From: a bacterium
GTDB taxonomy: Bacteria > SZUA-182 > DTGQ01
Direction of reading: 5' to 3'
DNA length: 20,174 nt
NCBI GenBank assembly: GCA_040752695.1
Contig: JBFMGO010000110.1
Coordinates: forward strand, 1-20,174
Position 1 is the stretch's first letter; each line of letters opens with the position of its first letter. Under the pieces are notes generated by a model. That model did not search any database, was not told where the DNA came from, and saw nothing but the letters and a program-made list of their open reading frames with translations. Positions 1 to 9,588 of the stretch are shown in pieces. Position numbers and translations under genes: made by a program.

Positions 1-254
1 ACGTACTCGTAGATGTATTTGGGATTGTGTTCCAGTCCCCGCGCTAATTCCTCGATTTCAGGAGTGATCTCCGTCTCTGAGATAGCCGGGCCGCTCAAGA
101 GCATCTCTCGAGTAGTTGAGGGTGACACCGCGAGTACCTGTCTTGCTTCCTCTGGCGAAACCGGGGGTGCAGTAACCATTTTCCAACCCGGCTCCGCTCT
201 ACTTCTTCCCGGAGCAAAACTCAAGACACACACGGCAGCAAAGGCGATGAGCAT
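1..254 (-). CDS. 5' end of a probable secreted protein; the N-terminus resembles the transglutaminase-like region that precedes some large RHS/YD-repeat proteins (truncated by the window edge)
   Basis: Not in the ORF track; translated by hand from ATG at 254-252: MLIAFAAVCVLSFAPGRSRAEPGWKMVTAPPVSPEEARQVLAVSPSTTREMLLSGPAISETEITPEIEELARGLEHNPKYIYEY..., open to base 1. Hydrophobic signal-peptide-like start. 'ITPEIxxLARGLxxxPxxIYEY' is a pattern I recall just before transglutaminase-like domains. Confidence 0.6.
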   Translation of the reverse strand, partial: MLIAFAAVCVLSFAPGRSRAEPGWKMVTAPPVSPEEARQVLAVSPSTTREMLLSGPAISETEITPEIEELARGLEHNPKYIYEY

Positions 255-491
255 CGTCCGAAAAAATAGGTATCCGACCGATCCAAAATTGTCTTAGCTC
301 TAATAACCATTTGGTAATCAAATTACGAAATGATATTTTGAGATAAGAAAAAACGTGAGTTCGCCATAACTAAAATTCCATCATTTTAGCAAGTTCTAAT
401 TATACCAGTGAAGGTTCAATGACGTTTTTAAGGCAAATAAATATAAGCTATGAGTCCAGAGATCATGTTAGCTAACAGCCTGAATTCGTGG

Positions 492-512
492 TGTAAAGTT
501 GCTGTAAAGTTG
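492..512. promoter_or_regulatory. Direct repeat TGTAAAGTTG x2 with 11-bp period, possible OmpR/PhoB-family binding site
   Basis: Exact 10-mer at 492-501 and 503-512, upstream of the - strand gene starting at 254. Function is inferred from the one-helical-turn spacing. Confidence 0.3.
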
Positions 513-745
513 ATTAATATAATCCGGGGACCCAGGCGAGACTGCAACACGTCGACACACCTGGCCCCTGACTGGTTGGGTGTTGAACGTTTTCTATTCT
601 ATCGTATAGGAGGGAGATGTCAGGTCTCGAGTGCGCCGGGCGAAGTGGGCGCTGTCCAGCAGGTAGGTTAAATACATCCAATCCTGAATCAGTCAAGATG
701 AATCCCCACGCCGATCACAATAAGGAAAAAGGAAAAAATCTCCTC

Positions 746-1966
746 CTAAAAGCTCCACGAAAGGGCCAGGGATGTCAGGGTGGCGGTATCGTCAAAATCA
801 TCGCCGTTGGTGAGTGTTCTTTGTTCCTGGCTTAAGTCCAGGTGCAGGGTATCCAGTTCGTCGCCAACCGCGACGCCGATGCCATAGGTTATCCCTTTGA
901 CATCCGGTCGCCAATCTTCGCTTTGCCCCTGTGCGGATGGCTGAGAGGTGTAATAGCCAAGCCGGAAATGTGTGCTTTTCAAGAGAGCGGTTTCCCTCAG
1001 GATCGAAAATTCGAGGCCGCAGGAGATTTTTCTATATTCACATTTCTCTCCCCCTTTGCTCGCACTTCCCCAGTCCGTGTTTCCATACTGGGCGGACAAT
1101 ATCAGCACAGAACCGATCGAAAAAAAGTCTTTTATCAAAGAGAGCCCCAAGTCGTAGCTTCTCGGTTTATCGTAGAAAAGCAGGCCAACGGCTTCGTCGC
1201 TGTCGGATCGCATGGCGGCAGAGCCGATATCCGTGGCTGATTTTAAGCGGTATACTCCTCCGAACCTGAGCTTATAAGGCCAGGGCTCGGTTGCGAAATA
1301 GGTAAACAGCGCTCCGATTGAACCTGAAAAGCCGCTTGCGCCTTTTTTGCCTACCGAATAGCCTTTCCCGCCCGGCGTGGTCTCGGAATCTCTGAGATAT
1401 ATCTTCGAGCCATCAATCCCTATATGCACCCATTCGAGAGATCCGCCGAATTTCAGGCTGCCGTCAAAACTCGATACGGCAAAAGGGACAGAGATGGTCT
1501 GAATAATTTCATTCACCTTACCCCATGCGCCATTATCGCTGTCAGGTTCAGGAGCCCAATATCTCACGGTGTATGGCGGGTAGTAAAATAATCCGATTCC
1601 AAATTCGTCAAGGCTGTATTCACCCCCCATAAACCATGCAGTGCTCCCTGTGCCGAGAGATCCGCCATCGTTACTCCTGGTCATTGCCTGAGAACATTCA
1701 AGGGTGAGGTTATGCTCTTCGCCAGCGACTCCGGCAGGGTTATACCAGACAGCAGACGCATCATCGGCAATTCCCGTAAAAGCCCCACCCATTGCTTTTG
1801 CCCGTGCACCGGGATAACTCATAAACGGATCGGCAAGGGCTTGAGATCCGGTGAGGGGTACTATCAGGGGCAAAGTTGTGATAACCATGATAACGATGAT
1901 AGCCATGATAACGATAAAGAAAGCCGTGGAAGAAATCCTGAAATTCGCTCTCCTCTCCAAACGCAT
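746..1966 (-). CDS. Outer-membrane beta-barrel protein, FadL/PorV-like family
   Basis: 406 aa with a hydrophobic signal region, the family motif 'GARAKAMGGAFTGIADDASAVWYNPAG', amphipathic beta-strands and a C-terminal aromatic BAM-type end (LALSWSF). Purine-rich SD-like sequence upstream. Confidence 0.8.
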   Translation of the reverse strand: MRLERRANFRISSTAFFIVIMAIIVIMVITTLPLIVPLTGSQALADPFMSYPGARAKAMGGAFTGIADDASAVWYNPAGVAGEEHNLTLECSQAMTRSNDGGSLGTGSTAWFMGGEYSLDEFGIGLFYYPPYTVRYWAPEPDSDNGAWGKVNEIIQTISVPFAVSSFDGSLKFGGSLEWVHIGIDGSKIYLRDSETTPGGKGYSVGKKGASGFSGSIGALFTYFATEPWPYKLRFGGVYRLKSATDIGSAAMRSDSDEAVGLLFYDKPRSYDLGLSLIKDFFSIGSVLILSAQYGNTDWGSASKGGEKCEYRKISCGLEFSILRETALLKSTHFRLGYYTSQPSAQGQSEDWRPDVKGITYGIGVAVGDELDTLHLDLSQEQRTLTNGDDFDDTATLTSLALSWSF

Positions 1967-2136
1967 ACTCTCTCTCCCTTGGGAAAATTATATATTCGGG
2001 CATTAAAAATTTAATAGATAAAATTTTAATAAATCATTAAATACTATATTGAGTAGTATAACCAAAATCAGGCATTCTATGCAATATATTTTGATGCGTA
2101 GTATTGTTATTGACCCCGTTGGGATTCCATGTCCAT

Positions 2137-2179
2137 TATTGAAGTTCGAACAATTCAGTATTGAAGTATGAACAATTCA
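2137..2179. repeat. 21-bp direct repeat (22-bp period) in the divergent promoter region
   Basis: TATTGAAGTTCGAACAATTCA (2137-2157) and TATTGAAGTATGAACAATTCA (2159-2179). Confidence 0.8.
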
Positions 2180-2402
2180 TTTATCTTACCGTGGTTGGCC
2201 GATGGAATTGTCGTAGAAAAATATTCAAAGCTTTTCCAGTAAATTTTAACAGTAATATTTTCTTGATTTTAATTTCAGACTTCTATATTATATATAATAA
2301 ATTTATTTATTATATCCATTGATATTCTAAATATATAATTTAAAAATCAGCTCTGCTCAAAAAATTAAGTGAAGCTTACCATCTAACCTTGGAGAAGTGA
2401 GG

Positions 2403-5303
2403 ATGATCATAGAAAAATTCACCGTGAAAGCCCAGGATGCCATTGAACGTGCTTGCCGTCTGGCGGTTAAAAGGGGGCACCAGTATGTAACGCCCTGGCA
2501 TCTTCTCTTCAGTATGATCGAACAGGGGGAGGGTCCGGTCCGCCGTTTTTTATCTGAATCCGGTGCCGATTTTAAAACCCTCGGCGCACGGTTGGAGAGC
2601 CGCCTCCTCACTCAGACGAGGGCACTTGCGTCTGCCCAGCAGACACCCATTAACCGTGACCTGGAAAGAATTTTTATTCATGCCCAGGAGGCTGCGTCGA
2701 GAGCGGAGGATACCTCTATCGGGATCAGTCATATCCTGCTCGGAATGCTCGAAGCCGAGGAGATCGCTTCAGCCCTTACGGAAGCAGGGGTTCGAAAGAG
2801 CGAGTTGATTACCCGTCTTAAGGAGGCACCGAAAAGCCTGGACAGAGGAGGAGAAAATGCTGCCGGAGAATTCGAATACCTGACCAGGTATGCCACTGAT
2901 CTTACGGAGCGTGCACGGCAGGGAGAATTGGACCCTGTGATCGGCCGGGATGCTGAAATCCGGCTGACCATACAGGTCTTAAGCCGCAGGTTGAAAAATA
3001 ACCCTGTCATTATCGGGGAGCCTGGTGTCGGAAAGACAGCTATTGTGGAAGGGCTGGCTCAAAGGATCGTTCAGGGGGATGTACCTGGTAATCTCTTGCA
3101 TACATCCATCCTCAGCCTCGATATGGGTCTGTTGCTGGCCGGTGCAAAATACCGCGGCGAATTCGAAGAGCGGTTCAAACAGGTCCTCCAGGAGGTAACC
3201 GATGCCGGGAATGTCATTTTATTTATTGATGAGATTCATACGCTGATCGGAGCAGGCGGAGCGGAAGGGTCCCAGGATGCGGCCAACCTTCTCAAACCGG
3301 CACTTTCAAGGGGGAAAATCCGCTGTGTAGGTACCACTACCCTTTCGGAATATCGAAAGCACATTGAAAAAGACGGGGCACTGATGCGCCGCTTCCAATC
3401 GATCATGATTGAAGAGCCGGACATTGATGAAACCATTTTCATCCTGCGCGGGGTGAAAGAGAAATACGAGGCACATCACGGCCTGCGCATCCTCGATAGA
3501 TCCCTGGTGGCAGCAGCAAGGCTGTCGTACCGTTATATTACGGACCGGTTCCTTCCTGACAAAGCCATCGATCTCATCGACCAGACAGCGGCATCGGTGC
3601 GGATCGGCCAGTCTTCCAGGCCGGAAGAAATCGAGGCCATAGATCGTCGGATCGTTCATATGGAGGTCGAAATCAGGGCTCTTGAAAATGAACAGGATAA
3701 GTACACCGCTCACGGAGGCGAGGAAGAGGGTGCATCCATGAAGGATGAGAAGAGCAGGGAGCGGCTTATTTTCCTGAAGCGGGAACTGGAACCCCTGAAG
3801 GAAAAGAGCAGGGAGCTTACACAGAAGTGGCAGAGAGAAAAACAGGCCGTCAATGCGGTTTGCGAAGCCAAAAGAGCACTGGAGCAAGCAAGGAGGGAAA
3901 TGGAAACGAAGGTCCGGGAAGAGGATTTTGCACGGGTTGCCGAGCTGCAATATAAAATCATTCCCGGATGCGAAAAGGTTCTGGCTGAGTATGCAGATGT
4001 TTTCGATGGTGCTGACAGCCTGGAGACAAGGCACAGCGTTGAGATAAGGCACGGGGTTGAGGCAAGGCACAGCGTTTCCCTGCCCGTCAAGGATGCCATA
4101 GATGATCACGATGTTGCGGCTTCGGTTTCACGCTTGACCGGTATTCCTGTCTCCCGGATGCTGGCACCGGAAAAAGACCGCCTGCTTCACCTTGAGGACC
4201 ATTTGCGGCAGAGGGTGGTAGGTCAGGACGAGGCACTCACGGCAATAGCCAAAGCTGTTCGCAGGTCCAGGGCACAGGTACAGGACCCCAACCGGCCCAT
4301 AGCCTCTTTCCTCCTACTTGGTCCATCGGGTGTGGGGAAAACGGAATCAGCCAAGGCGCTGGCTGATTTTCTGTTCGACGACGAGGCAGCCCTTGTGCGG
4401 ATCGATATGAGCGAGTTTATGGAAAAGCATTCCGCAGCCCGGTTGATAGGCGCGCCTCCAGGCTATGTCGGTTATGAGGAGGGTGGTGTCCTGACCAACA
4501 GGGTCAGGCAAAAACCATACTGCGTTCTTCTGTTTGACGAGGTGGAAAAGGGACATCCGGATGTCTTTAACCTTTTCCTGCAATTCCTCGACGATGGGCG
4601 GCTGACCGACAGCCAGGGTCAGGCCGTGAATTTCAAGAATACCATCATCATGATGACCTCAAACCTCGGCTCGGCCTCCATTGAGCCTGTCGAGACCTGC
4701 GAGCACGTGCAGAAAATAAACGAGGAGATTATGCAGGCAGTGCGGTTACATTTTCGTCCGGAATTTTTGAACCGCCTCGACGATATCCTCATTTTCCGGC
4801 AGCTCACCCGGAAGATCATGACGACCATTGTTGACATTCAGCTTAACCGGTTGAAAAACCTGCTGCAAGAGCGCGATATTCAACTTGAGGTAACAGATGA
4901 GGTCAAAGAACTTTTAGCCAAAGAGGGTTTTAACCCGATTTATGGCGCACGGCCTCTGAAAAGAGTTATTCAGAGTCGGATTCAGGATTCCCTGGCTGAA
5001 AAAATTATCAAGGGAACTATTCAAGAAGGCGACACTGTGGTGGCTGAAGCAGCCGGTGATGAATTGATCATCATCAGAAAGATTGCTGATACTGCCATGG
5101 GACGCGGCAGAGCGCGTCCTTCCATCATCGGGTCATCGGCTCTTAAGGTGTCAGGGTCATCATCCCTTCAAGAGAGCCTTCCAGACGGCCTTGCGGGCCT
5201 TCAAAAGGGTCTTCCAGACAGCCTTCCAGAGGGCTTTCAAGACAACCGATCCCCTGGCGATGAGTGTCATCATGAGATCTCCAATTATAATGACAAAGGG
5301 TAA
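2403..5303 (+). CDS. clpB: ClpB-type AAA+ ATPase in the T6SS locus (probable sheath-recycling TssH function)
   Basis: ClpB-like start [14 protein letters not shown] (GGAG at 2391-2394 favours ATG 2403 over GTG 2397). NBD1: [16 protein letters not shown], pore loop GAKYRG. Middle domain: [17 protein letters not shown]...[11 protein letters not shown]2: [30 protein letters not shown]. Confidence 0.9.
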   Translation: MIIEKFTVKAQDAIERACRLAVKRGHQYVTPWHLLFSMIEQGEGPVRRFLSESGADFKTLGARLESRLLTQTRALASAQQTPINRDLERIFIHAQEAASRAEDTSIGISHILLGMLEAEEIASALTEAGVRKSELITRLKEAPKSLDRGGENAAGEFEYLTRYATDLTERARQGELDPVIGRDAEIRLTIQVLSRRLKNNPVIIGEPGVGKTAIVEGLAQRIVQGDVPGNLLHTSILSLDMGLLLAGAKYRGEFEERFKQVLQEVTDAGNVILFIDEIHTLIGAGGAEGSQDAANLLKPALSRGKIRCVGTTTLSEYRKHIEKDGALMRRFQSIMIEEPDIDETIFILRGVKEKYEAHHGLRILDRSLVAAARLSYRYITDRFLPDKAIDLIDQTAASVRIGQSSRPEEIEAIDRRIVHMEVEIRALENEQDKYTAHGGEEEGASMKDEKSRERLIFLKRELEPLKEKSRELTQKWQREKQAVNAVCEAKRALEQARREMETKVREEDFARVAELQYKIIPGCEKVLAEYADVFDGADSLETRHSVEIRHGVEARHSVSLPVKDAIDDHDVAASVSRLTGIPVSRMLAPEKDRLLHLEDHLRQRVVGQDEALTAIAKAVRRSRAQVQDPNRPIASFLLLGPSGVGKTESAKALADFLFDDEAALVRIDMSEFMEKHSAARLIGAPPGYVGYEEGGVLTNRVRQKPYCVLLFDEVEKGHPDVFNLFLQFLDDGRLTDSQGQAVNFKNTIIMMTSNLGSASIEPVETCEHVQKINEEIMQAVRLHFRPEFLNRLDDILIFRQLTRKIMTTIVDIQLNRLKNLLQERDIQLEVTDEVKELLAKEGFNPIYGARPLKRVIQSRIQDSLAEKIIKGTIQEGDTVVAEAAGDELIIIRKIADTAMGRGRARPSIIGSSALKVSGSSSLQESLPDGLAGLQKGLPDSLPEGFQDNRSPGDECHHEISNYNDKG
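4023..4076 (+). repeat. In-frame 18-nt tandem repeat x3 inside clpB ([18 protein letters not shown])
   Basis: gagacaaggcacagcgtt / gagataaggcacggggtt / gaggcaaggcacagcgtt. Confidence 0.9.
5166..5246 (+). repeat. Degenerate 12-nt tandem array in the clpB C-terminal tail
   Basis: cttcaagagagc cttccagacggc cttgcgggc cttcaaaagggt cttccagacagc cttccagagggc tttcaagacaac. Confidence 0.75.
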
Positions 5304-5310
5304 AACGGCT

Positions 5311-8300
5311 ATGCAGTCCCTGAAAAAAATTTCTGCGGTCTTTCCATTTTTAAAGAACCTCTTGGACATGTCGGCTCGTGTGTATTGGCTCTATTGGGTG
5401 GCAGGACAGGCTCTCCTTTTGATCGGCCTGGCGGTGTTTTTCATTATGCGCCGCCGCTCAAAAAGAGCCGCTGCTCAAGGCCAGGAAACAAAACAGAATG
5501 TATTGACCAAAAGTTGTCTGGTCAGAATATGGAAAGAATTCCTGCATGATCTTCCCGCAAAATTCCGCCGCTCTATCGTCCTCTATCAGCCCTTTGTGGT
5601 TCTTGGCGAATCCGGGGCAGGCAAAAGCCTTTTAATAGACAACTTCACGGACTGGCAGGGTTACGCCAATAAATTTTATCCAAGTCATACTGCACATCCG
5701 CTTTTGCAGATTTATCTTGGCTCAAAGCTCATAGTGCAGGAAATCTCCGCATCGCTTTTAACTGATAACTCAAAACAGGCACGGGTGGCTCTTTTGAAAC
5801 TCTGGAAGCCGCTCTTTAAAGAGAAAGAACCCATTGTGGTCATTGTTCTCGACGGGAAGGCTTTACAGGCCGGTACCCTGGAACCGTTAAAAAAACTGGC
5901 CCAGATGATACGGGGAAAAATCAACCTTATCACTCTGATTCGCCAAGAGCCGGTGAAAGTATGCATTTGCCTGACTCACATGGACCAAATAGAGGGGTTT
6001 ACCGAGTTTTCCGGTTTTCTGCGGCATAATAATATCCCTTTGCGGCTTGAATTTGCCTCAAAAAAGGATGTCCAGAATGGGGAGACCTGCCTGGAAGCCT
6101 ATGAAAATTATCTGAGTCTTGCCCTGACAACCTTATCTGCCCCGGCCTATATGAAAATCATATCCTTCTTCCGTTCCGCTCCTGATCTTTTTGCAAGCGT
6201 ATCCGCGTTTACAAAGATACTGCAAAGCTCCGATCCATTGCTGCCCGAGCCTGAAATCATCCGCTTAAGTCTGGCCTCTTGGAAGGGGGAGGGAGAAAGG
6301 AGCGATGCTTCCAATCCGTTTGCACTGCCTGCTTCCATGACAGCAATCAAATACGATCCCCTTCTCAAACATAAACAGGCTGCTGCTGCCGTATTCATGA
6401 TCGGGCTGATCTATCTGGGTTCAGGGTATCTTTACGAACGTCATCTTCTCGTCCAGAATGAGCGGATTCTGGATACCGTAGAAGCGCATCAGCCCACTCT
6501 CGGAGGCCGGCATGACGAAAAGATCCATCAGCTCCTTCTCGACTACAACGAAAAAGTGCACCCTCTTCAGGCCGTTTTTCCCGATTTCTTTGCCCGTGTC
6601 AAAGAAGAGAGCCGCCAGCGTTTGCTGGAAAATATCCGCGAACTCTATTTGCTCCCCGACCTGAAACAGGGCGCATTTGATGAACCCGAAAGATCGCTCT
6701 ATCTTCTTGGCCTGATCTACGCCTCCCGCTCCGATGATCTGGGCAGGTTTGTTCTCGAACATACGTCGCAATGGAAGGAAAGGTTCAACTTTCCCGAACA
6801 GTTCATCAAAGATTATATCAAATACAATAACGGCCCACGGGAGATGGCCTTCTCCTCTCCCCTTATCATCCCGCCCCCGTCCCTCAACCTCCATCGATGG
6901 ACCATGTTCTTCCACAAAGCCGTCAATGCTTCCAAGAAGTCTTTTCTCACCCGTTCCGAATTGCAGTCGCTGCAAAACGAGGGCGCCCTGATTATGGGGG
7001 AGATCGGGGAATACGAACAGTATGATTTCAACATAAAGATGTGCGAGCTTTTAAAAGAGTATGTCCCCTCCATCTCACTGACTCTCGAAGCCCTTAAGGA
7101 AGCGGACCTGAAGGACAGGAAACAAAAGTCCTTACAGGAATTTCTCGCCTTTTTTCAAGACCTGGACATAGACTATCCCGAAGTAAGGGGCTTGACTATC
7201 CATCAATTTCTGGAAAACATCAAAACCATGAATGCGCTCAAAAGAAATAAGTCGGAAATCTGGAGTCAGGAGTTAAATGCGGGGAGTCAGGAGCCAGGGA
7301 ACGGAAGTCAGGAGGAGGGAGTCAGGAACGAGGAGAAAAAATTTCAATTCACCTTCGATGATGAAGAGTTCACCTTCAGTGCAAAGAAATGGAACGAGCT
7401 GATCCATTGCAGCCGGATGACCCTGTTCATGCAGGACTTCATGAATAAAAATATGATGCATACCGGCGGACGGCTGTTCTTTCAGGGAGAAAGTACCTTT
7501 CCCGATCTTTTGATGAATCCGGGCAACGATGGTCACCTCTTTTTCACCGGCAAGGGGAGGGTGGAGGGCATCTATACCAGGGCAGCCTTTGATGACGCCA
7601 TCAGGCCGGTCCTGGCCGAATTGCCTGATCTATTGGGAAAACTGCCCGCTGCCAAAGAGGTAAAGATGCTTTTTTCAGACTTTATTTCCAGGGAGGTCAA
7701 AGCCTACGCCGAAGAATATATCTTCGCCTACCGCACCTACTACCAGCAGTTCGAGATAAGTTCCTCATCTTTAAGGGGGCTGCAACTCGTATTGAATCAG
7801 ATTCAGCAACCGTTATCACCGTTTCAGGATTTTCTCCTGACCATCAAGGAAAACACCAGTCTGAACCTCGAAGATAGTATCGATTCAGGCGCAGGCCGTT
7901 ATCTTCAGACATTTGCCTTGAAACTGCACACCTTCGATTTTATCCAGAATGTGATGCTGGAACGAAAGGGAATATTTCCCGAACTCGAAAAATACAAAGC
8001 CATTTTAGCTCAGATGCAGGAGGATCTGAAGGGTGATAAACCCTTCGTGGCCAAGAACGAAATGGATGATTCGAACGAATTGAAACGCCAGTTGTCACCG
8101 TTGGGGCGGATCAGTCTGGCCATTTTTCGAGGAGAAGAGGATTCTTATCTCAACATGGTGGAGATGTGGTTGAAGAATGTCGAGGTGGGCCCTGAATGGC
8201 AGGATATCTTTCGGGCACCGGTCCGCGATGCCTATCGTCTGGGACTGAATGAAGTGCAGGCCATGGTGGATAAGGTGTCGAAAGAGCTCTGGACATCGGA

Positions 8301-9027
8301 TGTCCAGCCGGTCTTGCGCAAATTCCCCTTTAACCGGGAAGCAGCCAACGAAGTTACCCTGGCAGAGATGGAAAATTTGGTCCATCCGAAGGGCAAGTTC
8401 TGGAAAACCTTTCAAAAATACCTGGCGCCTGTTTGTCTGAAAACGGGCAATACCTGGATTCAGCGAGCGGCCAATAGCAGTCAGGACATCGGGACAGTGC
8501 AATTGCCACAGAACATGCTGAACACAGTCAATGAAATCCTGCGGATCGGCAGAACATTGTGGGATGAGAACGGGATTCCGAAGCCTTTGAAATTTTCCAT
8601 CAAGCCCTTTCTCCTTCCTTCGAGTGAGACAGCCGGCCCGGTTGCAGTGCTCTCATACCTGAGATCAGGCAAATCCTCAGTTTTCGGGTTTAATCAGCAG
8701 CCCGCCTGGCATGAGTTCGAGTTTGAATGGTGGAAAGAGCAAAGTGCCATTGTAGGGGTAGAATACACAACTTCCATTAATTCCCGAAAAAAATACAGGG
8801 CCATCACCGCACCGGAATCCTGCTGGAGCCTGTACCAGCTTCTGCGTATGGCTGATACGGCGGGTGAGAACCTGTTTATGTGGCGGATCAAAGGAGCGAC
8901 TTTCGGCTACAGTGCAAATCTGTTTACTGTTAAGTTTGCCATGAAAACCGATCCATGGTCTTTATTCCAATTAGCGCAAGAGAAACCTCCAGGATCAATG
9001 GCCCAGAAAGAAAATACAAAGCTATAG
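5311..9027 (+). CDS. tssM: T6SS membrane complex protein TssM/IcmF (PdpB-like)
   Basis: N-terminal TM helix, Walker A GESGAGKS, IcmF-like motif VCICLTHMDQIEGFTEF, second TM (AAAAVFMIGLIYLGSGYLY), and a TssM C-terminal signature (RKFPFN...VHPKGKFWKTFQKYLAP...WSLYQLL). Start set at ATG 5311 just after the clpB stop; the track start at 5083 overlaps clpB. Confidence 0.85.
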   Translation: MQSLKKISAVFPFLKNLLDMSARVYWLYWVAGQALLLIGLAVFFIMRRRSKRAAAQGQETKQNVLTKSCLVRIWKEFLHDLPAKFRRSIVLYQPFVVLGESGAGKSLLIDNFTDWQGYANKFYPSHTAHPLLQIYLGSKLIVQEISASLLTDNSKQARVALLKLWKPLFKEKEPIVVIVLDGKALQAGTLEPLKKLAQMIRGKINLITLIRQEPVKVCICLTHMDQIEGFTEFSGFLRHNNIPLRLEFASKKDVQNGETCLEAYENYLSLALTTLSAPAYMKIISFFRSAPDLFASVSAFTKILQSSDPLLPEPEIIRLSLASWKGEGERSDASNPFALPASMTAIKYDPLLKHKQAAAAVFMIGLIYLGSGYLYERHLLVQNERILDTVEAHQPTLGGRHDEKIHQLLLDYNEKVHPLQAVFPDFFARVKEESRQRLLENIRELYLLPDLKQGAFDEPERSLYLLGLIYASRSDDLGRFVLEHTSQWKERFNFPEQFIKDYIKYNNGPREMAFSSPLIIPPPSLNLHRWTMFFHKAVNASKKSFLTRSELQSLQNEGALIMGEIGEYEQYDFNIKMCELLKEYVPSISLTLEALKEADLKDRKQKSLQEFLAFFQDLDIDYPEVRGLTIHQFLENIKTMNALKRNKSEIWSQELNAGSQEPGNGSQEEGVRNEEKKFQFTFDDEEFTFSAKKWNELIHCSRMTLFMQDFMNKNMMHTGGRLFFQGESTFPDLLMNPGNDGHLFFTGKGRVEGIYTRAAFDDAIRPVLAELPDLLGKLPAAKEVKMLFSDFISREVKAYAEEYIFAYRTYYQQFEISSSSLRGLQLVLNQIQQPLSPFQDFLLTIKENTSLNLEDSIDSGAGRYLQTFALKLHTFDFIQNVMLERKGIFPELEKYKAILAQMQEDLKGDKPFVAKNEMDDSNELKRQLSPLGRISLAIFRGEEDSYLNMVEMWLKNVEVGPEWQDIFRAPVRDAYRLGLNEVQAMVDKVSKELWTSDVQPVLRKFPFNREAANEVTLAEMENLVHPKGKFWKTFQKYLAPVCLKTGNTWIQRAANSSQDIGTVQLPQNMLNTVNEILRIGRTLWDENGIPKPLKFSIKPFLLPSSETAGPVAVLSYLRSGKSSVFGFNQQPAWHEFEFEWWKEQSAIVGVEYTTSINSRKKYRAITAPESCWSLYQLLRMADTAGENLFMWRIKGATFGYSANLFTVKFAMKTDPWSLFQLAQEKPPGSMAQKENTKL
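7250..7333 (+). repeat. Heptamer (AGTCAGG-type) array of 12 units, in frame inside tssM
   Basis: agtcgga aatctgg agtcagg agttaaa tgcgggg agtcagg agccagg gaacgga agtcagg aggaggg agtcagg aacgagg = 84 nt = 28 codons. Confidence 0.7.
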
Positions 9028-9039
9028 GAGTCATGCAAC

Positions 9040-9588
9040 ATGTACTGTATCGGCATAGTGAGGAACTTGCGGATGAGTTTTCAGAGAAGCTTTCAGAGAA
9101 GCTTTCAAAGGAGTTTTCAAAGGAGTTTTCAGAGAAGCTTTCAGACGAAATTGCCTGATGTAAAAGAAAACCAAACGAGGAACAAGAAGGCATTACTTCT
9201 TCTGTGTCTTTGTAGTTTCATGGTGGCGGCGGGCTGTAGACATATGACCCTTACCCTGAAAGCCGATTATAACGCTAACAGAGGACTGCCTGTTTATGTT
9301 TTAGTTCGTTCCGTCAACGAGAAAGCCTTCCTTACGGAAAGTTACCAGGATATCAGCACCATGATTTTTAAAGATCCTCCTGATCCAAGCGTCCTTCATT
9401 ATCAGGTGCTCCTGCCAGGCCAGAAACAAAAGATAAAGATAGAAAAGCCGAAAAACGCCTCGGTGGGTGTTTACGGGCTGTTTACCGAACCGGATGAAGA
9501 GTGGAAAATGCTCTTGCCCCAACCCTTTCGCTACAGATACCTCCTCACCCTGGAGAGGAATAGAATGGTGGAGACCACCCATGATTGA
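9040..9588 (+). CDS. tssJ: T6SS outer-membrane lipoprotein TssJ (IglE-like) with an unusual N-terminal SFQR-repeat extension
   Basis: AGGAG at 9026-9030, 9 nt before ATG 9040. h-region ALLLLCLCSFMV, lipobox VAAG|C66, TssJ-like pattern N..P.YVLVR....F..ESY..., LLPGQ, VGVYGLF, W. Directly follows tssM. Confidence 0.75.
   Translation: MYCIGIVRNLRMSFQRSFQRSFQRSFQRSFQRSFQTKLPDVKENQTRNKKALLLLCLCSFMVAAGCRHMTLTLKADYNANRGLPVYVLVRSVNEKAFLTESYQDISTMIFKDPPDPSVLHYQVLLPGQKQKIKIEKPKNASVGVYGLFTEPDEEWKMLLPQPFRYRYLLTLERNRMVETTHD
9076..9147 (+). repeat. 12-nt tandem repeat x6 encoding (SFQR)5-SFQT
   Basis: agttttcagaga agctttcagaga agctttcaaagg agttttcaaagg agttttcagaga agctttcagacg. Confidence 0.95.

Noticed and set aside
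13..297. 94-aa + strand ORF
   Set aside because: It is the antisense shadow of the more protein-like - strand frame starting at 254.
450..835. Short ORFs 450-671, 514-696 and 617-835
   Set aside because: No recognisable motifs or convincing RBS; they overlap one another.
2263..2291. Sigma70-like TTGATT-N17-TATTAT upstream of clpB; sigma54 sites also sought
   Set aside because: The region is so AT-rich that such matches are expected by chance; no correctly spaced GG-N10-GC site was noticed.
3306..4109. 267-aa antisense ORF and other antisense ORFs within the T6SS genes
   Set aside because: They lie wholly opposite well-supported genes and have no motifs.
5083..5310. N-terminal extension of tssM in the ORF track
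   Set aside because: It overlaps clpB and its repeat tail; ATG 5311 just after the clpB stop is more plausible.
8955..9158. ORF encoding EKLSEKLSKEFSK repeats
   Set aside because: It overlaps tssM and tssJ; the SD is only 2 nt from ATG 9033 but well spaced for 9040.
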